From the NCBI GenBank assembly GCA_002104945.1, contig MCFH01000014.1, positions 558,001 to 622,000 on the forward strand: a DNA stretch of 64,000 bases, in the 5' to 3' direction. Shown in pieces: positions 31,235-41,288 of this stretch (within the stretch, counting starts at the first letter, position 1; each line of letters begins with the position of its first letter). The notes under the pieces were generated by a model. It did not search any database and had not been told where the DNA came from. It saw only the letters and a list, made by a program, of their open reading frames with translations. This stretch comes from Piromyces finnis finn. Taxonomy: Eukaryota; Fungi; Neocallimastigomycota. Position numbers and translations under genes: made by a program.

Positions 31235-34200
31235 TTATTTGTATTTATATAATAAACTATCTCTAAATATTTTCATTTTATTTTTATTCAAGTATTTAGT
31301 AAAACCATCTGCTAAATTTTCTTCTGATTTTATATATTCTAGACTGATTTTATTTTCTTTAATTAATTCTCTTACTTTATGGTACTTAATATCAATATGT
31401 TTTGACTTTGGATTAATCGTTTCATTATTTGCGTTGTAAATAGTTGCTTGATTATCAATATTGATTTTTAAGCATTCTTCCTTTATTTTTAATTCACTAA
31501 AAATATTTCTATACCACAGAGCTTGCTTTGAGCATTCACAAAGTCCATAATATTCTGCTTCGGCGGTTGAAGTTGATACACATTTTTGCAGTTTTGAGTA
31601 CCAGCTTGTTGGTCCATTTCCCAATAAAAATACAAATCCAGTGGTAGATTTTCTTGTTTCTTCATCTCCCCCATAGTCTGAATCTACAAAAATCTTCAAA
31701 TTTAAGTTTCTTTCAAAACGGATTCCATAATGAGGATTTTCTTTCAGATATTTGAATATTTGTAATACATTCTTCCAATTTTGGATAGTAGGATTTTGTG
31801 AGAACCTAGATGCTTTGGTTACTGAAAATAAGATATCTGGACGAGTACCTATGGCTAAATATAAAAGACTTCCTATTGCAGCTCTATAAGTAGTAGGGTC
31901 AAAAGGCTGATTGAGTTGTTCATCATTCTTGATTGGTGTAGTTGTCTTTGATCCTCTGCAGTTTTCTAAACCAAATTTGTGTAATATATCCTTTAAATAC
32001 CTTTCTTGATGTAACAAATACCCATCTTTTAACGTTTCTACTTTGATTCCTATGATGAAATTTGCATCACCAACATCCGTGATAACATATTTCTCTTTAA
32101 TTAATTTAATAGTTTTATCTATTTCTTCCTTTTTACCAGTTATTAGGATGTCATCAACATATATTCCAACTAAACATACTAATTTATTGTTTTTGGTCTT
32201 TATAAATATGCATGGTTCGCTAACTAATTTCTGAAATCCTAGTTCAATGAGAGTATTGCTGATGTTGTTATTCCATTCTCTTGCTGCTTGTTTTAAGCCA
32301 TATAATGCTTTATTTAATTTCCATAATCCTTTTTTATACATTTTATCTCCTTCAGGTGCTTTCATATATATATCTTCCTTTAAATCTGCATACAAATATG
32401 CGGCCTTAACATCTAATTGATGGATTTTATAGTTATTAATTGCAGCTATTCCTATTAGGATTCTTAATGAGTCTTGTTTTAGAGTAGGAGAAAAGGTCTC
32501 ATTGTAGTCTTCTCCATATTCTTGTGTAAAACCTCTGGCTACAAGTCTAGCTTTGTATTTTTCTATCTCACCAGTGCTATTCCTTTTTATCTTAAATACC
32601 CATCTTGAATCAATAATATTGGCGTCTTCTGGAACTTCATCTATTCTTTTGAACACTTTTCTTTCTTTCATATTTAGCAATTCGGCTTCTATTGCTTTTA
32701 TCCACTTATCCTTATCTTTTCTTTTAAATATATCATTATAGGAATTTGGCTCCTTGATTTGTGCTATAGTTAGCGCCACTTCCTTAATTTTCTTCTTTTC
32801 TGGTTCATGTTCATGTGGCTTACTAAATTTTTCTTCTATGACATCTTCACTTGGAACAAGTTTCCGCTTTCTTGGGAATTTTTCTTCCTTTGGTGGATGA
32901 TTTTCATTTAATTTAAAATTTTTATTGGATTTTAATTTTCTATTTAGATTTCTCTTATTCAAAAAATTTTGTTTTGATAATAACTTTTTCTTATCAAAAA
33001 ATTTTTTTTTAGATTTATCTTTATTGATTGGATCTTTAATTTCATTTTTATTTTTTAAATTTCTCAAATTATATTCCTTTTTATTTTGATTATTTAAATT
33101 ACTTTCTTTTTCATCAGAAATATTTTTAAATTTGGACTTTTCTTCAGGAATATTGATATTTTCTTTATTCAAATTTCTTCTTATTTCATTCTCATTAATA
33201 GGTATGTAATTTTTCTTATAATATTCTTCATTCTTATAATTTACTTTTACATTTGAATAATTATTTTCTATTTCTTTTCTATTATTTTTATTTATATTAT
33301 TTTTGACACTCTCAATATTTTCAAAATCAATTTTCTTTCTTGTTCCTAAATCAATGTCAGGACTCAGGATATTTAAAAAATCATTATTGTCAATTTCTCC
33401 AGTTAAATCATTTATCTCCATTTCTGATGGTGTTTTTAATACTTCTTCAATTAATTCATTTTTATTTACAATGTCTGAATTTTCTTCTATAAAATAAACA
33501 TTTCCTTTTGCATTCAGGTATTTATTATTCCTTTTATTATCCTTTGATATATTTGAATTGTCTTTACTGTTTATATTTTTATTTTTCTTGTCGTCATTTC
33601 TCTTTATATTCACTTCTTTAATTTCACAAATTTCAGTTTCGTCAGCACTATTATATTTTAAATTATTATATTTTAAATTATTTTCTTCCAAGGTAAAGTT
33701 ATTTATATTGCCGTCGTTACTTCCTGAAATGTCATTATTGTTTTCTTTTTCTTTATTGGTTTCACTTACAGATTCCATTGAAGTACTTATTTTAATTTCT
33801 TTATTTTCTTCCATTTCTTCAATTTTCTGGTAATTATTTTTGTTCAAACGTTCTTTTTTCTTTTCTTTTAGTTTAATATAGTCTAAGAGATTTAAGTCTT
33901 CTTCTTCTGAGTCTTCTATATTCATATTACTATCATTAGTGTCCTCGCAGACTTGCATAAAACTTTCAGAACTATTATTTTTTTCTTTATTTAATAGTGA
34001 CGTGAGCTTATCCAGCTTTTCTTCTATATTTCTAAATTTTTCTTCATAATTTACTTCTTTTAAGTCTTCTTTATTACTAGTTTTATCATTGAGTGTTTCT
34101 AGGTTTTCATTCATTAATTTATCATTTTCATTTGAAATGTCCTTTTCTTTTTTGTCTTTATTGTTATTGTTTTCATTTTCTTTATCATACATATAATTAA

Positions 34201-36688
34201 AGTTCCTTACTTGAAAAGTTTCTGTATCTTGACTATATGTTTCATTATTATTTTCTTTTTCTAAATTATAATTGTAGTCACCAGGTTCTTCTTCTAAAAA
34301 ACCTACGACTCTTTTCACTTTAATTTTCCTTGATTTTATGTCGAATATTCTGTATCCTACTGAAGATTCATCATATCCGATAAAGATTCCCTCCTTAGTT
34401 TTGTCTTGAAATTTTGGAATGTTACTGTCATCTAAATAATACACTTTACATCCAAATACTCTTAAATTTTTATAATCAACTTTTCTGTTGTACATTAATT
34501 CAAATGGTATTTCACCATTAATTCCACTGTGCGGAACTCGATTATGAACATAGTTCGCTGTTTTCACAGCATCTTCCCAAAAGCGACGACATAACCTTGC
34601 GTCCATTAACATTGCAGTAGCAGTTTTTATTAACTTTCCATTGAATCTTTCTGCTCTTCCATTCTGCTCCGGATTTCCAGGGACGGTGAATTGTTGAGTT
34701 ATTCCATATTCGTTACATAACTCCTTGAAGTTATTAGAAGTGAATTCAGTTCCATTATCGCTTCTAAGATATTTTACTTTGGATGATAATTCATTAGTAG
34801 TTTTATTCAGCCAATTTCCAAATTCTTTGAAAACATCACTTTTATTCTTGACAAATATTACCCATCCATATCGACTGTAATCATCTAAGATACTTAAAAA
34901 GTATACGTTGTCATGAATTGATGGTGTGATTGGACCTACCAAATCGATGTGTACTAGTTCCAAAACACTTGATGCTCTACTATCTGACCTTTTATGAGGG
35001 ATTTCTTTCATTTTGCTTCTCATGCATATTGTACAATTGTGAATATTGTTCTTTTCATCATTATTGTTGAAATTCAGATGCCCTATTCTTCTATGCCAGT
35101 ATTCACCATTGTTTCGTACATTATCGCACATTGAGTAATTATTAACTACATTACCTTCTTTGATGTACAAATTGAATACATCATATTCATTTGCTTTAAC
35201 TTCGTATACATTATCTGTTTTCTTATCTTTTATATATGCAAATACATTATTGTTCTTCTCATCAAAGATTATTTGGTAGCCACTTTTAACTAACTTGGCA
35301 ACAGAAATTAAATTTCGTTTTACATCTGGGATGTACATTACATCTTCTAATTTTATTGGTTCTTCATTAATAGATCCATTTACTTCACCCATATGTGTTG
35401 ACTTTGTAGTCGCTCCATTTGCATAATTGATTGGTTCTACATGTTCAAAAACATTTTTGAGAATTCCTATATCTTTGGTAATATGATTAGAAGCACCAGA
35501 ATCTAAAGTCCATGTAGTAAAACTTGTAGGTACATTTTCACAAGATACGTAATTGCATGATTTATTATTACATTCATCATTGTTATTGTCAAATAATGCA
35601 TTGTAATCAACTGTAAACAAATCTTGATATCCAACTTCTGGTTCAAAGTCTTCAGTGGTTTGTTTATTTACTATTTCACCTGTTGCTAAAAATGCTTCCT
35701 TGCCTTTATTTTTCTCTTTTCTTAGCCTTCTTGTAACTTCTTCTGAAAGTTCTTTTTGAATACGACATTGTTTTACAGTATGTCCTTTTTGATGACAAAA
35801 ATAACATGTAATGTTTTGTTTATTTTTGTTATTCCAATTTCTTTCTTCATTGGACTTTTCTTTTCCTTTATTTGTATTTTTATTATGATTATTACTTTGT
35901 TTGTTGCGGTAGTATTTAGTACTTTCCTTTCTTTTATCACCTTTGTAACTACCTTCAACACTAAAGATATGTCTAATTCCGAAGGTTTCAGATTTCTCTT
36001 TCGGATCAAATTTGTTCATCTTATCTATCATTCTTGCTGTGTCCTTTTTGCATTCTTCCCAGTCTTCATGCTTAAGGACTGTGACTTTCCTATATTTTTC
36101 TGGTAAGGCTTGATACAGTAAACCAATTTTTTCTTCATCATCTATTTTCACATTTAGTTGTTCTAACTTATTAAAGTTGGAATTTAACTTATTTACAAAT
36201 CTTGAGAAACTTTCTTTCGGGTCGTATTTTAAGGAGTTTGTTTCCTTAATAAGCCTATTCTTTCTTTCTATTTTATCCCCTAAATAAATGTCTTCTAATA
36301 GTTTCCACATTTCGTAGCTTGTTAAAGACCTATCTTGGATATCTTGTTGGCAGTTTGGGCCTAAAGTATACCTAATTAAAAATTGGATATTCCTATCTGT
36401 TTTTAAGTCATCTTCGGTTACGTTCTTATCATAGTAGGTATTGATTTCAAAAGGTGCCTTTAGATATTCTTCTCCGTCGATATCCATTCCTTCGTCACTT
36501 TTGATCTTTGGGGTTTTGTTTTCATCAACCCAATCTTCAAGACCATAATAATTTAAAATATTCCTCATAAACATTTGCCACGTTATGAAATTTTTATTGT
36601 TCAATTCATAAGTGACCTTTCCTAGCATAACGGTAGGATCGAATATAGGAATTGATCCAGTATCTCCGTTAGATTTTCTTTTTGACAT
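31235..36688 (-). CDS. Copia Gag-Pol polyprotein, 1817 aa, uninterrupted
   Basis: CCHC knuckle CYFCHQKGHTVKQC; protease WTLDSGASNH; HHCC WHRRIGH...CTIC; integrase HIDLVGP, DDYSRY, RSDNGTEF, NGRAER; RT KARLVARGF, QLDVKAAYL, YVDD; RNase H FVDSDYGG, EAEY, IDN. Confidence 0.98.
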   Translation of the reverse strand: MSKRKSNGDTGSIPIFDPTVMLGKVTYELNNKNFITWQMFMRNILNYYGLEDWVDENKTPKIKSDEGMDIDGEEYLKAPFEINTYYDKNVTEDDLKTDRNIQFLIRYTLGPNCQQDIQDRSLTSYEMWKLLEDIYLGDKIERKNRLIKETNSLKYDPKESFSRFVNKLNSNFNKLEQLNVKIDDEEKIGLLYQALPEKYRKVTVLKHEDWEECKKDTARMIDKMNKFDPKEKSETFGIRHIFSVEGSYKGDKRKESTKYYRNKQSNNHNKNTNKGKEKSNEERNWNNKNKQNITCYFCHQKGHTVKQCRIQKELSEEVTRRLRKEKNKGKEAFLATGEIVNKQTTEDFEPEVGYQDLFTVDYNALFDNNNDECNNKSCNYVSCENVPTSFTTWTLDSGASNHITKDIGILKNVFEHVEPINYANGATTKSTHMGEVNGSINEEPIKLEDVMYIPDVKRNLISVAKLVKSGYQIIFDEKNNNVFAYIKDKKTDNVYEVKANEYDVFNLYIKEGNVVNNYSMCDNVRNNGEYWHRRIGHLNFNNNDEKNNIHNCTICMRSKMKEIPHKRSDSRASSVLELVHIDLVGPITPSIHDNVYFLSILDDYSRYGWVIFVKNKSDVFKEFGNWLNKTTNELSSKVKYLRSDNGTEFTSNNFKELCNEYGITQQFTVPGNPEQNGRAERFNGKLIKTATAMLMDARLCRRFWEDAVKTANYVHNRVPHSGINGEIPFELMYNRKVDYKNLRVFGCKVYYLDDSNIPKFQDKTKEGIFIGYDESSVGYRIFDIKSRKIKVKRVVGFLEEEPGDYNYNLEKENNNETYSQDTETFQVRNFNYMYDKENENNNNKDKKEKDISNENDKLMNENLETLNDKTSNKEDLKEVNYEEKFRNIEEKLDKLTSLLNKEKNNSSESFMQVCEDTNDSNMNIEDSEEEDLNLLDYIKLKEKKKERLNKNNYQKIEEMEENKEIKISTSMESVSETNKEKENNNDISGSNDGNINNFTLEENNLKYNNLKYNSADETEICEIKEVNIKRNDDKKNKNINSKDNSNISKDNKRNNKYLNAKGNVYFIEENSDIVNKNELIEEVLKTPSEMEINDLTGEIDNNDFLNILSPDIDLGTRKKIDFENIESVKNNINKNNRKEIENNYSNVKVNYKNEEYYKKNYIPINENEIRRNLNKENINIPEEKSKFKNISDEKESNLNNQNKKEYNLRNLKNKNEIKDPINKDKSKKKFFDKKKLLSKQNFLNKRNLNRKLKSNKNFKLNENHPPKEEKFPRKRKLVPSEDVIEEKFSKPHEHEPEKKKIKEVALTIAQIKEPNSYNDIFKRKDKDKWIKAIEAELLNMKERKVFKRIDEVPEDANIIDSRWVFKIKRNSTGEIEKYKARLVARGFTQEYGEDYNETFSPTLKQDSLRILIGIAAINNYKIHQLDVKAAYLYADLKEDIYMKAPEGDKMYKKGLWKLNKALYGLKQAAREWNNNISNTLIELGFQKLVSEPCIFIKTKNNKLVCLVGIYVDDILITGKKEEIDKTIKLIKEKYVITDVGDANFIIGIKVETLKDGYLLHQERYLKDILHKFGLENCRGSKTTTPIKNDEQLNQPFDPTTYRAAIGSLLYLAIGTRPDILFSVTKASRFSQNPTIQNWKNVLQIFKYLKENPHYGIRFERNLNLKIFVDSDYGGDEETRKSTTGFVFLLGNGPTSWYSKLQKCVSTSTAEAEYYGLCECSKQALWYRNIFSELKIKEECLKINIDNQATIYNANNETINPKSKHIDIKYHKVRELIKENKISLEYIKSEENLADGFTKYLNKNKMKIFRDSLLYKYK

Positions 36689-36723
36689 ATTAAAAAAAAA
36701 ACTTACTTAAATATAAGAGCAAT

Positions 36724-36737
36724 TGAGACTCTTAATC
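36724..36737 (-). other. Non-canonical primer-binding site GATTAAGAGTCTCA, complementary to the tRNA-Lys(CUU) anticodon arm
   Basis: Immediately follows the 5' LTR. The plus strand reads TGAGACTCTTAATC, i.e. stem-CT-CTT-AA-stem of a Lys(CUU) anticodon arm. No TGG-type PBS is present. Confidence 0.8.
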
Positions 36738-36972
36738 TGTCAGATAAATTTAGTTTACACTTAAATTTATTTATAAAACTATTTGGGTTTTTATAATCTT
36801 TTATTTATTTATATTTATTTTATAATATAAATATTGTAACTTTCTTAAAATCTTTTTATTAAAAAATAACCAAAGAATAAAAATGTAGTACAATATTAAT
36901 TTATAATTTTATAAAATACAAATACATAAAAAATACATAAAATATTATTTTGGAATGTATTTTATTTTCACA
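36738..36972 (-). repeat. 5' LTR of the copia element (235 bp)
   Basis: Identical to 30978-31212. Confidence 0.97.
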
Positions 36973-38009
36973 TGATCTAATCCTTAAACCCAACCCTATT
37001 TAAATTTTTAAACTTTTTTTTTTTTATTTGAGATGGAAAAGAGTAAATAGTAAAACAAATTTTAAAGTTTAAAAAAAAAAAAAAAGATATTAATAATTAA
37101 TTATTAGAATAGTTAAAATGTAATAAAAGAGGTATCCATAAAAATAGTTTTCAATATAAATTTATATATATATATTTTTTGTCAAGGAATAGTTGAAATA
37201 ATTAAATTAAAGTAATAATAATAATAATAATAATACATTCAACAAGCATTATTTTAAATTTAAAAATACTATCAACGATATAAAATCTTTAATCATGGTG
37301 ATTGATAAAGGTGCATTTTTAATTAGTATTATCCTTGTTTTTTTTTTTTTTTTTTTGACTTTTAATATTTTTTAAATATTTAGTAATTTATAGCTTACAA
37401 CTTTTGCATAATAACAAGGTATGAGGAAATCATAAAAAGGTGAACAACATCGCAAGAATATATATTTTTTTAATTTTTTTTTTTTTTTTTATTTGCTTTA
37501 TTATTTATTATTATTATTATTTAAGCTTATAATGTATATATAGATTTATATATTTTAAATTTTTAAGCGTATTAAAAATATAACAACATATATAATGTAT
37601 TGATAAACTTTTTATCTTTTGAATTAATTATAATAATAGATAATTTTTTTTTACTATTTTAATTCTTCTATCTTTTTTTTTTTTTTTTTTTTTTTTCCTT
37701 ATTTTCTTATTTTTTTGATATAGTCTCAAATTACTTTTTTCTTTTTTAGTTAGATTTCATTATATACACAAGTAATTCTATTTCATCCTTTTTTCTTTTT
37801 CTTTTTACTTTACGTTTCTTTTTCTAATTTTTTTTAAAAGTTGATTATTATTACATGTTATTATTATTATTTTTTTTTAAAAATGAATTGTTAAAAAGAT
37901 AAATAGTGTTATTTTTTATAAACCTTTATAAAGTGATAATTTGTTTATATTGTTTTTTATTATTATTATTATTATTATTTCTTATGTATTGTTCTATACG
38001 CAATAGAGA

Positions 38010-39587
38010 TTAGTTTTCAGAGAAAGCTGAATCGTGACCAGCATTCTTTTTATTTCTGTGACGAAGATTACTTTGCTTCTTTGTATTTTTCTTTGATTCA
38101 ACTTTTCCTTTTGAAGCTGGTTTCTTAGCATTCTTTGATTTATTATAAGTCTTTTTAAAGAAGTCAATAAATAAGAATAAATATGATGTGACAATTAAGC
38201 ATCCAAAGACATGACTGAAATCAGTACCTGTATTCATTTGATATATCATTATATCACGATTCATTATTATTATTTTAAAAAATAGTAATATTTTATATAA
38301 AAAAAATTTAAATTTAATCAAAAATAAAAAAAATTTTTTTTTAATTAAAATATATAGTTTATATTACCAGCACATGGGAAAGCAAAAATAAAGTTTGGAG
38401 CAATCTTGTAGATATTATTAGCAATTAAAATAGCATAGATAATAGCAACATCAATAATGAATTGAACAATTTGCATAGTAGTTAAGTCTATTGAATAATA
38501 AATATATAGATATTTTAAAAACAAGTTATTATTTATTCTTTATATATAAAATGGGGGGTTATATTAGGTTTATATTAATATTTACATTTTTTCCACCAGA
38601 CACGCTTCTTGATAACAGAGGTACGAGCTAATATTATTTATTAATTTGATACTATTAATATCATTTTTTTTTTCCAATTATTACTATAATATTAATTTAA
38701 TAGTTATTTACCATAGTAGTAGTACATAATAACTATTGGATAATTTTTTGTTATAAAAAATTTAATAATAAAATATTAGTATTTTTTATTATACTATTCT
38801 ACTTCTTAATATTTACTTACCATGAACAGCCAAGTTAATAGTAATAACAAGCCAGGACTAATAATTTAAATTAAAATAATAAATTAGCCATCATTAAAAA
38901 TTTTAATTTATCAATATATTATAAAAAATATTTAAAAGGAAAAAAAAAAAAATATTCCAATAGACGATACATACAACAGAGACTCTACCCATTAATTCAA
39001 CATAACATAAAACCATGGTGAAAGAGTGGTGGTAAACATGTAAGAATTCTATTTAGTAATATATATATTCAAAAAGGTAAATAAAATTTTAGTTATTTAT
39101 CGTTTAAAGACAATTAATTATTATTATTTGCATGTTAATATTTACCAAGCTTCTTTCTTTTTAAGACTAAGAAAAGAGTATCAACAAATTCCCACCATTT
39201 AACTAAGTAATTTAAGTAGTATAATAATTCCATTTGTTGAGTATAACTACCTTCGTTACATAAAGCATAGAGAATACCGTGCTTTCTCATAATTGGATAT
39301 AAATTGTAAGCAAATCCTGATAAAAGGGCAGCTGAAACAATGGATAAAATACAATTATGGAAAAAGAATGGCCATTTTAATTGTAATGGTTTTATGTTAT
39401 ATTTTCTCATAACATATTGAACACCAAAGATAACAGCAAAGTAAGCGCAGAAACCAATAAAGACTTCCTTGGCAGTAGATAAAGGAGAAATTTTGTTTTC
39501 AAAAGTGAATTTATCCCATGGTTGTCTACTGATAGCTTCAACACCTTGAACAACACTCTTTTGAATAGTATCAATTATTACTGACAT
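38010..39587 (-). CDS. Very-long-chain fatty acid elongase (ELO/GNS1/SUR4 family), multi-exon
   Basis: LYYLNYLVKWWEFVDTLFLVLKRKKL, EFLHVYHHSFTMVLC (HxxHH), NLAVH..MYYYY and LTTMQIVQF; lysine-rich C-tail. Confidence 0.95.
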
Positions 39588-40350
39588 TTTTATTAGTATT
39601 ATTATAGTATTTTAAATTATTATTTATTTTTTAAATTTTGTTTAAAGTTTTTTTTTATTTTATTTTTTTTTCTTAATTAAAAGTAAGGTAATTAAATAAA
39701 AAATTTTAATAGATATTTTCTTTTTCTAATAAATATGAAAAAATAGAGGGAAAATATAAATTCTATTTGATAAATAATCTTTTCTATTATATAAGTATTA
39801 TTTATTTTATCTCTATATTTATATTGGAAATAATTTATCACTGATAGTTTATATCTAATATATATTTTCTATTAATCTTTTTTTTTTTTTAAAAACAAGA
39901 TTTTAAATAATCTTCAAATCAAAGGGTATTTAAATTTTTTTGTTTTTTTTTCTTCTTCTTATTAATAATATTATTTTTAAGTATATAATACTTTTTTTTT
40001 TCTTTTATCTTTTTTTCTTTTTGTTTTTTCTTTTTGCTATTTGATTAGCTTAAAATGCTATTTTTTTTTTGATAATTAAATAAAAATAAAGTGAGAGAAA
40101 AAAAAAAAAAAGGAAATAATAATAACTTTTTTTTTTTTTTTTTTTGTATTTCTTTATTTAAATTATAAATACTTTTTTTTTTTTTAAAAATTTGTTTCTT
40201 TTTTTAAAAAAAAAAGTACACTTTTTTGTTTAGATTGAAAGTAATAATAAAAAAACAAAACTTGATTTTTTTTGTTTAATTTTTTTTATAAGAATTTTTT
40301 TTATAATTTAATATAAAATTATATAAAAATTAATATATAATTAATTTATT

Positions 40351-40352
40351 AA

Positions 40353-40383
<31 letters not shown>

Positions 40384-40432
40384 ATAGATAAATAAATAGA
40401 TAGATAGATAAATAAATAAATAAATAAATAGA

Positions 40433-40471
<39 letters not shown>
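40351..40471. repeat. (AAAT)n/(AGAT)n compound microsatellite
   Basis: Directly visible. Confidence 0.95.
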
Positions 40472-41288
40472 AAGAAAAGATGGATGATATAAGTAAATAG
40501 TCCTTTTTTTTTTCATTTAAAAATTCTAATCTTTATTCTAGTAGTGATGTTCAAGTAGAATAAAAAAAATATAGTAATACTATTACAAAAAATCCTTTTT
40601 TTTCAATAAAAACATTTCTTTCTTTGCAAATAATAATAAAAAGGTTCTATGAATAAGAACCTTTTTAAAACCATCCTCAACCTCATCATCCTCTTCCTAC
40701 ACGCACTTTTTTTTTTTTTGCGACTTTTCTAATTCCATAATCCATCCATATAAAATATTATATATTCGTTTATAATGATAATATATGTATTTAATAAGTT
40801 TAATTAAATTTTTATTTAATTCCAAAAAAATTTTATATTAAACAAATTATTTAATATATTAAATTATATGGAAAAAATTCAAATAAATTGAAAATTAAAA
40901 GATTAAACCTAATTTTATATTTTATTAATCCATTTTAATTGATTTTAATTTATTTATAACATATATTAAATGTACTCTAAATATATTATAATATATGAAA
41001 TTAAAAAATAAACAAGAAAATAAAAATTTTTTTTTTGAGTACAAAATAATGAAAAAGTCGTTTAAAAAAAAAAAACATTCAGCCAGTAAAAAAGGAAACT
41101 TTTATTGTTGATAATGAAAAGATGTTTTTTTTTTTTTTTAGAGTTTATGTTATTTTCAAGTTTTGATTTAACTTTTATATCGAAACTATTTTGTAAAACC
41201 TATAATTTACCATTCATTTAAAAAAAAAGATTATTCTGTATGAATAAAAGATTAAGAAAAAAAAAATGAGCATGATTCATGCTGATTA

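Larger units (their letters stand above)
30978..36972 (-). mobile_element. Full-length Ty1/copia LTR retrotransposon (5995 bp)
   Basis: Two identical 235-bp TG...CA LTRs, 5-bp TSD TGATC (30973-30977 and 36973-36977), intact gag-pol ORF with copia domain order PR-IN-RT-RH, and a PPT. Confidence 0.98.

Noticed and set aside
35756-36106. Antisense and alternative-frame ORFs within the copia element
   Set aside because: Shadows of the gag-pol ORF; no independent motifs.
40637-40667. 12-bp hairpin taaaaaggttct/agaaccttttta
   Set aside because: Short, isolated and plausible by chance in AT-rich DNA.
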